From Terriglobia bacterium (GTDB lineage: Bacteria > Acidobacteriota > Polarisedimenticolia > Polarisedimenticolales > CAVOVZ01), in contig CAVOVZ010000028.1 of NCBI GenBank assembly GCA_963699985.1, positions 32,013-96,012 of the forward strand: a stretch of DNA of 64,000 bases, in the 5' to 3' direction. The number at the start of each line of letters is the position of its first letter. Positions within the stretch are counted from its first letter, which is position 1. The notes beneath the pieces are model-generated. The model did not search any database, was not told the origin of the DNA, and was given only the letters and a program-made list of their open reading frames with translations. A program made the translations under genes and the position numbers. Shown here in pieces: positions 9,201 to 20,225 of this stretch.

Positions 9201-12200
9201 GTGCCGACCAGCGAAGACGGCAAGCCGCCCACGCTCTTCGTGAGCTACAACCACCAGGACGCGGCCGAGGTCGAGGCGGTCGTCGCCGAGCTGCGCGCGG
9301 AGGGCATCGAGGTCCTCTTCGACCGATCGTCGTTCGAGCTGGGCCTTCCCTGGCGCGACCAGGCGGAGCGGGCGCTCCGATCGTGCAGCGCCGTTCTGGT
9401 GTTCCTCGGTCGCAGCGGGATCGGGCCGGAGCAGAAGCAAGAACGGGACATGGCCCTGTCCCGTGCGAACAGGGAACTGGGCTTCCGGGTGATCCCAGTT
9501 TTGCTCCAGGGCGCCGATCCGCCGGGCGACTTCCTGAGCGAGCGGGCCGGGGTCGATCTCGCGAAAGCCCCGGACCGCGGGGCAGCGATCCGCGCGATCG
9601 CGGCGGCGGTCCGGCGCGAGCCTCCCTCGGCCGAGCAGACCCGGCTGGCGAAGGAGGCTCGGGAGGCGATTTGCCCCTACCGCGGATTGAAGCACTTCCG
9701 CGAGGAGGACGCCTCGCTCTTCTTCGGCCGCGAAACCTACACCGAAGACCTCGTCCGGAAGGTGCGCGACCACTCGATCGTCGTCGTCGAGGGGGCCTCG
9801 GGACGCGGCAAGTCCTCGATCGTGCGCGCCGGCCTCGTCCCGTTCCTCCGCAACGACCCGTCCGGCACGAGCTGGGACATCGCCATGATGACTCCCAGGG
9901 ATCGCCCGTTCTACTACCTCGCCGAGGCGCTCCTGCCGATCCGCGAGGACATCCGCGACGGCGTCGCCTTCGACGCGAAGGCCGAGGACCTGAGCAATCT
10001 GCTCCGGGAGCGGAAGGAGAAGCTGCGCGACGTGGCCGACCACGCGCTGGCGCGTCGCGGGCCGTCCCGCCGCCGCCTCCTGGTCGTCGTCGATCAGTGG
10101 GAGGAGCTGTACACCCTCTGCGAGCGCGACGCGGAGCGCGACGACTTCATCGAGATGCTCCTCGACGCCACCGCGAACGGGCCGGTCCAGGTCGTTCTCA
10201 CCGTCCGCGCGGACTTCGCCGGCCGCCTCTCCGACCATCGCGCCCTCAACGACCGGACCAACGACGCCAGGCTCAGCCTGGGCCCGATGAACCGCGACGA
10301 GCTGGGGCGGGTGATCGCCGAGCCGGCCCGCGTCGCCGGCCTGACGCTCGAGCAGGGTCTCGCGGAGTGGATCCTCGGCGAGGTCGGAAGCGACGCGGAC
10401 AGCCTGCCGCTCCTCGGCTTCACCCTCGCGGAGCTGTGGCGCCTCCGGAAGGACAGCACGCTCACGCACGCCGCGTACGAGAAGATGGAAGGCGTCAAGG
10501 GGTCCATCACCCACCACGCGGACGCGGTGCTCCAATCCCTCGGAAAGGACGACCGCGAGCGCCTCCGACGCCTTTTCCTGAACCACCTCGTCAGGCCCGG
10601 CGACAGGACGGAGGACACCAGCCGCCGAGCCCCCCTCGCGCAGCTCGACCCGCCGATGCTGTCCCTCGCCCGCAAGCTCGCCGACGAGCGCCTCGTCGTG
10701 ATCTCGCGCGAGAAGGCCGCGGGCAGCGAAACCGTGCAGGTCGTCCACGAGACTTTGATTCGCGGCTGGAAATCCCTGAAGGAGTGGCTGGACGCGGACC
10801 GCGAGTTCGCCTCGTGGCGCGAGCGGCTGCGGCGGGGGATGGCGGACTGGGAGGACCGAGGCCGGCGCGACGTCGCGCTGCTGCGAGACGACGACCTCGC
10901 CGATGCGCGCCGCTGGCTGGCGCGCCGGCGCGAGGACCTGAGCGAAGCCGAGAGAGACTTCGTCGAAGCGAGCGCTCGGCGGGAGCGGCGGGCGCGGACG
11001 CGCCGGTGGGCCGCGGCGGCCGCGATCGGGGTGACGCTCGCGGCGGCCGGGGGATTCGCCGTGGTGACCGAGATGAGGCGGGTGGAGGACCAGGCGAAAA
11101 GGTTGTGCATTGAGGTGACGACGACTTCGAAACCCTGGGCAGTCGTCGCGCTACTTCGTGACGCAAAGCGCGATTTGCCCGTCGTCGAATACCACGGTCT
11201 TGCCCGGTGCGTGCTGGAGAGGAATGAGCCGTGGGACGGATTCGAGTCGCTCCCCGTCTTCGGACCGAAGCCTGTCTATGTTCGTCCCGGCGACGTCTTC
11301 GACGCGGTCGAGCTGATGCTGCCGAGCGCGAAGCCTGCGGACGTCGATGACGTGCAGCTCATCGCGTCCCTGCTGTGGGCGCTCGACTACTCCCGGCCTC
11401 GACGGCTCGCTTGACGAGCCGTATCTGAGGCTGAGATCGAGCGCCGAAGACACGCTCCATGCGGCATTCGGCCCCCCTGGGGCGGGGTTGATCAAGAAAG
11501 ACGCCTGGGTTCGCGTCGGCGGCCGCTCGTTCCGGATGGGGAGCGAGGCCAGAGATCAGGTGGCCGATGGTGACGAGTGGCCGGCGCACGATGTGACCCT
11601 GTCTTGGTTCGAGATCCTCCGGCATGAGGTCTCGGAGGCCGAGTGGCGCGCGTTTCGCGGGTCGGTCCCCGAGCAGCCGAACATCGAATCTCGGCATGAC
11701 GGTGAGCTTCCGGTGATTGGTGTGACCTGGTACCAGGCGTACGCGTTCGCGGCGTGGCTGACGCCCGGCGGCCGCCTCCCGACGGAGGCGGAGTGGGAGC
11801 ACGCGGCGCGCGGCGGACACGACGGCCGGCAGTATCCGTGTGAGGGGGAAACGGTTTGTGGGGGTTCGACCTGTCTCGCGAACGTCCGCGAGGCCGAAAT
11901 CCAGGGTCGGACTCCCGTTTGCTACGGAAGGTTCAAACCGAACGACTTCGGGCTCTGCGACATGGCCGGCAACGTGTGGGAGTGGACGGCAGATTGGTAC
12001 GCGCCATACGCGGACGAAAAACAGACCGACCCGCGTGGCCCCCCCCGGAATAATGATGAGGCAACAACCCACGGCCGGGCGCGCGTGATCCGGGGCGGGA
12101 GCTTCGACTACGAGGGCTGGGTCGCTCGCTGCGCGGACCGCCTCTACGGGTTCGCGTGGGACAGGGACGGGTCCCTCGGCTTCCGCGTCGTGCGCCCCGC

Positions 12201-12216
12201 CGCCCCGAGCGATTGA
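9201..12216 (+). pseudogene. TIR - STAND (nSTAND-like) NTPase - TM helix - FGE-sulfatase (SUMF1/lectin-fold) domain protein. One frame change near ~11400.
   Basis: A GTG at 9201 follows GAGGGA. TIR: PTLFVSYNHQDAAEVEAVVAELRAEGIEVLFD..VLVFLGRSGIGPEQKQE. STAND: ICPYRGLKHFREEDASLFFGRE..VVVEGASGRGKSSIVRAGLVPFL..LLVVVDQWEELY. TM: WAAAAAIGVTLAAAGGFAVV. Frame 0 stops at 11414, and the 11347 frame continues ..WVRVGGRSFRMGS..VTWYQAYAFAAWL..RLPTEAEWEHAARGG..GNVWEWTADWY..VIRGGSF..GFRVVRPAAPSD. It is collinear with the intact paralog 13049..16333. Confidence 0.8.
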
Positions 12217-13048
12217 AGTTGGATGATGGATCATAGAGTGTGTTGGCAGCGTCGGCCGGCTCGGCAGTGCGCGGCAAGGCCCGGCGGAATCCGCCGCACG
12301 GATCCCGCTCGGGAGCTGGCGCCGCGGAATCAGCCTTCGGAGTAGAACGATCTCCGCGCCCAATCTCCCCATCCGCTCGCGGTTCCAGGCTGACCAGCGG
12401 AGGCCGCGCCTCGGCCCGCTGCTGCCGGCGTCGCGGCTGATTGTGCCGCGTGGGAGAGGAGCTGGTTGTCCTTTTCGTGCCGCGCGCGCCAGGGGCTGCG
12501 GCAAGACGTACCCCGGATCGGCCGCGGCGCGCTCAAAAGAATACGACCCCGGCCGAAGACGCCATCGACCGGGCGAAGTCGACCCCGCGCCCGCCCGGCC
12601 GCGCCCACTCGGACTCGATCCTCCGCCGCATCCGTGCGAGCGCGCGAGGGCGCGGACGGATGTCCTCGCGCGTGATCCGACAGCCGAGCGCGTCGAGGTG
12701 CCCGCGGCACGAGAGCAGCCTCGCCCGGGGATGCTTCAGGCGAAGGTGTCGCTCCGATAGGAGCCAGGCGCCGACCGCGCGACTCGCCGCGGCAAGAAAC
12801 CGTCGTCGATCGAACTGTGCGACCGACTCATCCGGCGGACCCCGGCAGGATCTGCCGAGGGATGCCCGCGACAGGCCGGGCGAGGTACGTACCCGGCCGC
12901 CGCGAGAATCTCCGGCGATTCGCGCCTGGAGTCATCCCTTGGACTTGGGGGGAGCGATTCTGGAAACGCCGCTTCGCCGCTATCCGCCGCGGCGTGCCGG
13001 CTTCTGCCGAGCCGGCCGAGGCTCCCTACCCACTCTGTGATCCATGAT

Positions 13049-16000
13049 CTACTTCCAATCGCTCGGGGCGGCGGGGCGCACGACACGGAAGCCGACGAGC
13101 GCGCTCGAGTCCCTCGGGTCGGCGAGGAAGCGGTACGCGCAGCGTGCGTACCAGCCATCGCTGAAGAAGCTCCCGCCCCTGATCACACGCCCCGCGCCGC
13201 GGGTCGGGCCCAGAGGGTCCTCCCGCCGCTTCGCTGAATACGGCTCGCGCCAATCGGCGACCCACTCCGTCGCATTACCCGCCATGTCACACAGACCGTA
13301 ACCGTTCAAGACGAATCTGCCGTCACAAACGGGCGATCGATCCCCGATTCTCGCTTCCTGAGGGATATCCCACTTCCACGCCCGCTTCGTGACGACGCGC
13401 CCCGAGGATGGATCCCCGATTCTCGCTTCCTTCACGTTCGCCCGGCACGATCCGCCGGCGCAAACGTCCTCGGGCCCCCACGGATACCGCTGCCCCTCCA
13501 GTCCCCCGCGCGCCGCATACTCCCACTCGGCTTCCGTGGGAAGACGACCTCCTGGCACGAGCCACGCCGCAAACGCATAGGCCCGGTACCACGTCGTACC
13601 GACGACCGGCAGGTCGTCGCTCTTCTCGTCGGGGACATCCGCAGGTTCGGGGGCCTCTCCGGTGAACGCGCTCCACTCCGCCTCCGTGACCTCGTGTCGG
13701 AGGATCTCGAAACCAGAAACGGTCACATCGATCGCCGGCCGCTCGTCGATATCGCCTTCCCGATCGTCGGACTCGGTTCCCATTCGAAACCGCCCCCCAG
13801 GAATCGGCACCCAATCCGAGCTCGAAAGGAGACCCGAGGGAGGATCCGGGGGTTCCCGCGACGCGCGCAGAGACAGTTCGACGCGCCTGCGTAGCTCGCG
13901 GCATCGGCCTGCGACCGCCGGGTCGCGCCGCTCGCGCTTGCTCACTCCCGCGACGTAGTCCACGATCCACGCCATCGCACCGAAAGTCTCGTCGCGCTTC
14001 TTCCGGCCCGCCAGAGCCTTCGCGAGCGGCAGGAGGTCTTCGACGAGATCCAGCTCCTTTCCCGGGTCGAAGCCCTTCGGGAGCATTTCAAGCCCGTAGG
14101 GATAATCCGCCCGCGCCACCGCATTTTGGAACGCCCCAACGAGAGCCCAGGAGTGGTCGCGGGAAACCTGCATGAGGAGCGAGTGGATCTCACCGCTGGG
14201 AGCTTTGCTCAGCCTACCCGCCAGGTTGACTCCGTCGAAGTACACCTTCGCCCCGAGCCCCACGACCGCCGCCAGCACCAGCGCCCCGGCGCCCGCGATC
14301 GCCGCGCGGCGGGTCCAGCGTTTCCAGCACGCCCGGAACCAATCCCGCTGCGCCGGGGCGCTGAGGAGCGCGTCCTTCGCCCGGCGGATCCGCACTAGCT
14401 GGCGCACCGACATGCGGGTGGCCTGGGTCCGGGCCTCCGGCGCTTTCGATGCGAAAAGCGCGGTGTTGAGATCGACGATCCGCCGCAGGGCGAGGGTCTT
14501 GTTGCGCGCGCTCTCCTTCTCGACCACGCGCGCCACGGCCTCGGCGACGAGATCGTGGGTCAGCTCGTAGAGACCGTCCTGGACGACCACGATCCGGGCC
14601 CGGTCGTCGGCGAGACGCTCCAGGACCGTCGCGCCCTGGGAGCCGATCGCCGCGGCCAGCTCCGTCCCCGGGATCCCCGGGCCGCGTCGGTTCTCGGGGC
14701 CGACGAGACGGTGGAGCGCGAGGAGCGTGCGCTCACGCACCTTCGCGGGCTGATCGACCTCGACCTCGCGCACGACGCGCTCGAGCGTGTCGGTCACGTG
14801 GCGATCGAGCGCGTCGGCGATCAGCGATCGCGGTTGCTCGGGAACCGACACGCTGCGGGTGCCGTCCGGAAGTCGCTCGGCCTTCTTCTCCAGGAGATAC
14901 CGGAGCACCACCTGGAGCTGCGGGACCAGCGGCCGCTCGCGGTCGGCGAGGCGCTCCTCGGCGAACGCCGCGGCGAGACGGCTCGCGCCCGTGTCGATGA
15001 ACTTCAGTGGATAGACGGCGGTACCGTCCTCCTTCCTTCGCAGGCGGAGCGGCTTCTCGATCGCGTCCCGGAACGCGGCCTCGACCTCCGCCCTCTCCCT
15101 CGGCTCGTCCGCCAGGCCCGGCGTCGGCGAGGCGAAGACCGGCAGCCGCCACGAGTGAAAGCGGTCCTGCATACCGTCGTGGGGCAGCCCCTCGATGCCG
15201 GGCACGCCCGACTCGTGCGCCGCCGACAGCAGGTCGCGGAGCCAGCCGTCCACCTTGCCGGTGTCCTCCTCGCGGAAACCCAGCAGCCAGCGGCAGGGGG
15301 GCTCCGCGGGCCACGACTGGAGCTGGAGCGTCGCGGCGACGAGCGCGCCTACCTCTCCGCGCTCGCGGACGCGGGCCCGATCGAGCAGGAGGCTCTCGAA
15401 CTGGTCGAGGATCAGGATCGGCGGCTTGCCGCCGTGCAGCTTGCGCGCGACGACGAGCGCCGCGACGAAGCCGCGCGCATCGAACGCGCTCGACGGAGCC
15501 GGCGGCGGCTGGATGAGCTGCCGCAGGAGGCGGTGCGCCAGATCCGGCTCGCCCGGCTTGCGGTCGTAGGCCGCCGGGTGGTTCGCGTCCCACAGCGCCG
15601 GCAGCAGGCCCGCGCACAGCACGGAGCTTTTCCCCGCGCCCGACGGCGCCTTGAGCCCGAGGATCGGGAACGGAAGGGTCAGGAGCCGGAGCAGCTCCGT
15701 CACATCGCCGTCGCGGCCGGCGAAGAGATCGCGGTGCTCGTAGTGCCGCAGGAGCGGGTACGGCTCGGCGGGCAGCCTGGGCGGCTCGGGCGTGTGACGC
15801 GTCACGCCCTCCGAAAGGACGGCGGCGGACTTTCCCGGCTGCGGCTTCCCCTCCCGGTAGTTGTTGAGGAGGGTTCGGAGCGTCTCGCGAAAGATCGGAA
15901 GCTCCGGACCGTCCTCCCACCGGAACGGCGTTGCGATGCGGTTCAAGGTGTTCCGGAGGTCTTTCATGTAGGCCAGCTCGCCCGGATCCAGATCCGCGAG

Positions 16001-16333
16001 TCCCGGCCAGAGGTCCTCTGCCATCAGGACCAGCACGTCGAGCGGCCTGGGCCTTCGCGCCCCGGCGCGCTTGATCTCGAGGCTCGTGATCGACTCGCGG
16101 CCGTCGCCGTCTTCCGCGGCCGTCGGAACCCAGCCGCGCCGCCACGCGACGATCGCCAGCATCAGGTCGCACGAGTCGATCTTCTCGTAGCACGGGCGGA
16201 CGATGCCCGGCTTTCCGTCCTGCTGGAAGTCCTCCATGTTCACGGGAGTCCAGCCGATGCCGTGCACCACGTCTCGCGCGACGATCCGGTGCTGCTTCAG
16301 GTCCTTGGACGTGGAGGAGATGAAGACGCGCAT
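13049..16333 (-). CDS. DUF4062 (TIR-like) - STAND NTPase - TM helix - FGE-sulfatase domain protein (intact)
   Basis: MRVFISSTSKDLKQHRIVARDVV..CDLMLAIVAWRRGWVP (DUF4062). LFAGRDGDVTELL..LGLKAPSGAGKSSVLCAGLLPAL..ILILDQFESLL (Walker A/B). TM AAIAGAGALVLAAVVGLGAKVYF. C-terminus WVPIPGGRFRMGTE..TTWYRAYAFAAWL..RLPTEAEWEYAARGG..GNATEWVADW..VIRGGSF..GFRVVRPAAPSDWK. Confidence 0.85.
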   Translation of the reverse strand: MRVFISSTSKDLKQHRIVARDVVHGIGWTPVNMEDFQQDGKPGIVRPCYEKIDSCDLMLAIVAWRRGWVPTAAEDGDGRESITSLEIKRAGARRPRPLDVLVLMAEDLWPGLADLDPGELAYMKDLRNTLNRIATPFRWEDGPELPIFRETLRTLLNNYREGKPQPGKSAAVLSEGVTRHTPEPPRLPAEPYPLLRHYEHRDLFAGRDGDVTELLRLLTLPFPILGLKAPSGAGKSSVLCAGLLPALWDANHPAAYDRKPGEPDLAHRLLRQLIQPPPAPSSAFDARGFVAALVVARKLHGGKPPILILDQFESLLLDRARVRERGEVGALVAATLQLQSWPAEPPCRWLLGFREEDTGKVDGWLRDLLSAAHESGVPGIEGLPHDGMQDRFHSWRLPVFASPTPGLADEPRERAEVEAAFRDAIEKPLRLRRKEDGTAVYPLKFIDTGASRLAAAFAEERLADRERPLVPQLQVVLRYLLEKKAERLPDGTRSVSVPEQPRSLIADALDRHVTDTLERVVREVEVDQPAKVRERTLLALHRLVGPENRRGPGIPGTELAAAIGSQGATVLERLADDRARIVVVQDGLYELTHDLVAEAVARVVEKESARNKTLALRRIVDLNTALFASKAPEARTQATRMSVRQLVRIRRAKDALLSAPAQRDWFRACWKRWTRRAAIAGAGALVLAAVVGLGAKVYFDGVNLAGRLSKAPSGEIHSLLMQVSRDHSWALVGAFQNAVARADYPYGLEMLPKGFDPGKELDLVEDLLPLAKALAGRKKRDETFGAMAWIVDYVAGVSKRERRDPAVAGRCRELRRRVELSLRASREPPDPPSGLLSSSDWVPIPGGRFRMGTESDDREGDIDERPAIDVTVSGFEILRHEVTEAEWSAFTGEAPEPADVPDEKSDDLPVVGTTWYRAYAFAAWLVPGGRLPTEAEWEYAARGGLEGQRYPWGPEDVCAGGSCRANVKEARIGDPSSGRVVTKRAWKWDIPQEARIGDRSPVCDGRFVLNGYGLCDMAGNATEWVADWREPYSAKRREDPLGPTRGAGRVIRGGSFFSDGWYARCAYRFLADPRDSSALVGFRVVRPAAPSDWK

Positions 16334-16441
16334 CGTGGTCTCGCGGCGATCGACGATCCGGCTCAGCCTAACACAGAGCCGCGGCGCTTCGGATCCCGGC
16401 CCGCGGTGGTCGCGCGTCCGCACTGCGACCCCGCAGCGCGG

Positions 16442-18650
16442 CTATTCCACGGACGTGTCGTCGGACCGGGCGCCCGGGGCCGGCGTCTGGACGATCTCCC
16501 AGTCGAGCGCATCGAGGAGCGACCCGAGCTGCCTCGCCGCCGATCGGTCGTACTCCCGCGCGTCGTCGCGAACCTCCGACCAGGGGACCAGAAGCGGGTG
16601 GGTCTTCCCGTCGGCGTCCTTCTTCTCGCCGTACGTCCAGCCCTGCTCGAGACGCTCGACGACCCAGCGGCCGTGCTCCATCTGCGCCAGCTCTTCGAGC
16701 TGCTCCGCCGTTGCTTCGAACCGCTCGCCGCGCTTGGCTCCCACCGGAAGCCGCAGCTCGTAGCCCAGCCGCCGGAGCTTGCGCGCCAGGTCGCGGGCCT
16801 GGAGGCTGCTCGATTTGCGGTAGTCGGGGTGAAGCTGCTCCCAGGGCGCGTCGGAATCGTCCGGGGTACGGCCTTGCTCGTGACGGGTGCGCCGGTACTC
16901 CTCGTGGATCGCGCGGCCGAGCCGCTCCTCGAGCGAATCGGAGAGCCAATCGGAAGGCAGCTCCCTCCCGGCGAAGGCGCGAGGGATCTCGACGTCCGAG
17001 AGCGGCAGGATCATCGGTCGGCGCGCGGCGCTGTGCTTCTCGTCCTCGTCGTGACTGCGGCCCGGGTGCCTGGGCCGAAGCAAGGACGCCACGCGCGCCG
17101 CAGGGTCCACGCACGCGACCACGCCGCCCAGCACGGCGCACGCGGTCGCCTCGATCGGGGTTCGGATCGAGCGTCCCAGGACCAGCACCGCGGGAGCGCG
17201 ACCGCGACGGTCGGCGGCGACGAGGTCCTTCCACGCGCGGACGAGCGCGGGCATGCCGCGGTAGCGGTCCGGAAACGTGGGATCTCCCAACGCCCGCGCG
17301 TGCTCGTCGGGGTCGTACGAGCGGAAGCCGAACCCGGAGCCCGCGGCGCGGGACGCGTCGCGCAGGAGCGCGCGCAGGGCATCGTCCGATCCGACGTGGA
17401 GCACCGTGCCTCCGAAGTCCCGCAGCACGGCCCGGAGCCGCTCGCTCTCCCGCTCGATCCACGCCGCCGCGCGCCCTCCGTCCAGAACGAGCAGGAACGG
17501 AGGCTCGATCGAGCGCTCGGCGGCCGCCGCCGAGCCGACCTCGAGTCGTGATGCGAGCGCGAGAAACTCCCTCGCCAGGACGAAACGCGCATCCGCGGCG
17601 AACACCCGCTCGGTCAGGACCCGGAAGCTCTCGTGGGTCGTGCTCACCTTGCGCACGCCCGGGCCGGAGTGAGCCACGGCACGGACGAGGGCGTGGAGGT
17701 ATCTCGTTCGATCGCCCCCGAGGAGAAGGAACTTCGCCAGGTCGAAGGAGGACCAGGGCACGTTGATGCTCTTGGCTGCGTCGCGACGCGTCTCTCGGAT
17801 CGCGAGATCGATCTGCAGCCGGTACTCGTCGATCGCCTGCTGCGCCGCGCCCTTTCGGACCGCGATCTCGATCACGTTCCCCAACGGGTAGGCGAAGTAG
17901 TAACGCGGGTCTTGCCCGGCCAGATCGAGCGCCTTTCGGTACCACGCCTCCGCCTGCTCGATGTCCCCTGCTCGCTTCCACGTGCCCGCGAGCGTCGAGA
18001 GGGTATCCGGCGTCGCCTGTGGAGACTCCGCCGCCCGCTCCAGCAGCGACTGTCCCCTCTCGAACTCGCTGGTGCCCGGCGCGTTGCGCTGTGTCAGCGC
18101 GAGGCCGAGGAGCTCCGAGCGCCCGGAAGTCGCGAAGGTAGTCGCTGCGATCGAGGAGCCGGATCACCTCGCTCCAGTCGTCCTTCTGCTCCTTCGCCAG
18201 GCGGGCCTGGTGGAGGGCGAGGACGAGGGACGCCTCGAACCCACTCGTGGCGGGGGGAGGCGCGATCGGTCGACGGCCTCGGGCCAGCTCCCGATACGCT
18301 TCGTCCTTGACGATCCAGAAGAACATCCGGGGCTGCGATCCTACCGTTCGCAATCGATCCCGGAGCCGTTCTCGCGTCGCGTGCACGATCTCGGTGTGAC
18401 CCGTGGAGAAGGCCACCTCCGCGCCGCGTCCTGGACGAACGTAGCGAAGCTGCTCCCCCTTGGGCGGTTCCTTGAAGCTCTCGGCCGGAAGGAGGCCGCG
18501 GAGTCGATCCTCGTCGTTACGGGACAGGACGTACACCGCCGGAAGCCGCGACGACTCGTCGTTCCGTAAGCGCGCCAGATCGCTCTCGGGGAGCTCGCAC
18601 GCCTCCCAATCGGTCGAGTCGGTGGTGAAACGGAATGCCGGGATCGCCAT
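16442..18650 (-). pseudogene. Multidomain protein: unknown N-terminal domain, TPR-like repeats, central alpha/beta region (unassigned) and C-terminal RyR domain. One frame change near ~18125.
   Basis: Start MAIPAFRFTTDSTDWEACE is preceded by GAGGAT. The 16368..18764 frame reads to ..IRLLDRSDYLRDFR. Hand translation of the 16442..17884 frame upstream of its start gives ELLGLALTQRNAPGTSEFERGQSLLE..AGDIEQAEAWYRKALDLAGQDPRYYFAYPLGNVIEIAV. The C-terminus LEELAQMEHGRWVVERLEQGWTYGEKKDADGKTHPLLVPWSEVRDDAREYDR is a RyR domain. The stop lies 108 nt upstream of the start of 13049..16333 on the same strand. Confidence 0.7.
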
Positions 18651-18941
18651 CGTGATCCTCGCTCGCGCCCGATTATAGCGACCGCGCAGACCCCTGCGGA
18701 TTCGTTCTGTGGGTCTGCCCACTCGTGCCGTCGCGGGGACCCAGGGGCGCGTGTGCTTGCCCACCGACGATCTCGCGTCGTTTCAGGGTTTTGACTCGGT
18801 CCACGCATCCACGCACCGGCACGTCGTCTGCTCTTGGCCCCCTGCGGGTACCCGAACCAACCGCCGGCCGGCGATTCGAACCGCGAAGCGAGGCGCTGTG
18901 GATCCGGAGACAGCGCCCGCCTCGCAGGAGGAATCGCGGCC

Positions 18942-19664
18942 ATGTCTCCCATCATCTGCTCGATCGCGGCTTTCGCGGTGTGCCTCATGGATCCAGCGTG
19001 CACGGAAGGAGGCGTAACAGGCGCGGATCGGGGACAGGGCGATGCATACGCCGAGACCGTGTCCGTCGAGACGGCGCGTCAGGACGTGGATCCCCCCCAT
19101 GGTGCGGCCGACTCGTGGTCCGATGCCACGCAGGAGCCAGCGCGGCGATCCGCCCGGGAGTGTCTCAGCGCGGGCCTCTGGATCCTCGGCCACCAGGGGA
19201 AGTACCAAATGAGGCTCGGCTTCGGCACCGGAGGCGGCTTCTCGTACATCGACGGCGGGATGGTGTACGCCGGGTGGATCGGGTTTCGCGAGGTGTACGA
19301 CCGGTTCGGCTGGACCGGCGTGCGACTCGCGATCGCCCACGAGGTCGCGCATTTCCTGCAGTACGAGCTGCTCGCGGCCGGGGAGCCGGACGACTCCTCG
19401 AGGGTGAGCTTCGAGCTGCAGGCCGATCTCCTCGCGGGTTTGATCCTCGCGACGCAGGGTCTCCGCCCCGAAGAGAAGGCGTTGCTCCTCGAGGCTGCCG
19501 AGTGGGCCGGTGATCGGCTGGAGGACGCTCGGCATCACGGTACGCCGGAGATGCGCCGGCAGGCCTTACTCGACGGGATGGCGCTCGGGGAGAAGGGACA
19601 CGACATGCGGTCGGCCGAGTTCGGTCTCCGGCCGGTCGGTTCGGCGGCCGTGTCCGGGGAGTGA
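18942..19664 (+). CDS. Secreted YpfJ-like neutral zinc metallopeptidase
   Basis: AGGAGGA precedes the ATG. N-terminus MSPIICSIAAFAVCLMDPAC. HExxH in LAIAHEVAHFLQYE, followed by FELQADLLAG and GDRLEDARHHGTPEMRRQ, as in the YpfJ family. Confidence 0.7.
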   Translation: MSPIICSIAAFAVCLMDPACTEGGVTGADRGQGDAYAETVSVETARQDVDPPHGAADSWSDATQEPARRSARECLSAGLWILGHQGKYQMRLGFGTGGGFSYIDGGMVYAGWIGFREVYDRFGWTGVRLAIAHEVAHFLQYELLAAGEPDDSSRVSFELQADLLAGLILATQGLRPEEKALLLEAAEWAGDRLEDARHHGTPEMRRQALLDGMALGEKGHDMRSAEFGLRPVGSAAVSGE

Positions 19665-19805
19665 GGACCCGACCCGGTTGGTCCCGGCGGCGATCCCGCA
19701 CCGGCCCACTGGAACGTGGGCGGACGGTCGTTCGATGTGGCGAACATCCATTTCCCCCTCGAATCGTGGATTCGTCGAACGGCCACGACCGGGGGGTGTT
19801 CACGC

Positions 19806-20171
19806 ATGGCAGTCGTCTACCGAGCGAGCGCAGCGATTCGCATCCTCCTCCTCACGGTCCTCCTCGCCTCGCTCGCGCTGCCGCCCGCGCTTGCCATGTC
19901 GACTTCTCCCCCTCCCGGCACGCGGTCGAATCCAGGTGGATCCGAGGCTCGACACTCTTCGCGCCAGCTCGGGTGGCTCCGCAACGGCGGCATCAGCTTC
20001 CGCGTCGTGGTGCTCCCCGCCCCGAGTAGGACTCCGGTCCAGGAGCCTGTTCCTCGCCGCGCAGCCGTCCGCGCCTCCGGATCTTCGATCTCCCCACTCG
20101 GCGTTTCGCGGGGTAGACTCTCCATCAGAGGGACGCTGGGGTTCCGGGCTTGGTCGGGGCGCTCGAAGTGA
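19806..20171 (+). CDS. Small putative secreted protein (121 aa), no domain recognised
   Basis: MAVVYRASAAIRILLLTVLLASLALPPALA is signal-peptide-like. Support is only ORF plus signal peptide. Confidence 0.4.
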   Translation: MAVVYRASAAIRILLLTVLLASLALPPALAMSTSPPPGTRSNPGGSEARHSSRQLGWLRNGGISFRVVVLPAPSRTPVQEPVPRRAAVRASGSSISPLGVSRGRLSIRGTLGFRAWSGRSK

Positions 20172-20225
20172 AATTGTCGTTCCCCGAGGTGTCCGGCGAC
20201 CGGCGGCTTCCGGGAGAGGCCGCAG

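Noticed and set aside
12441-13040. ORFs 12441..13040(+), 12443..12760(+), 12330..12710(-) and 12736..13158(-) in the convergent gap
   Set aside because: They mutually overlap in several frames and are Arg/Pro/Ala-rich with no motifs. They were treated as non-coding or decayed sequence.
11500-13330. Diversity-generating retroelement targeting the FGE-sulfatase/C-type-lectin-fold C-termini
   Set aside because: No reverse transcriptase or template repeat is in the window. Hand alignment of the two 3' ends shows differences that are not adenine-specific.
14555-17551. 998-aa plus-strand ORF, with similar ORFs at 14733..16193(-) and 16711..17766(+)
   Set aside because: It lies antisense to two well-supported minus-strand genes. 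The composition is extremely Arg/Ala/Pro/Gly-rich with no motifs, which is typical of stop-codon-poor shadow ORFs in GC-rich DNA.
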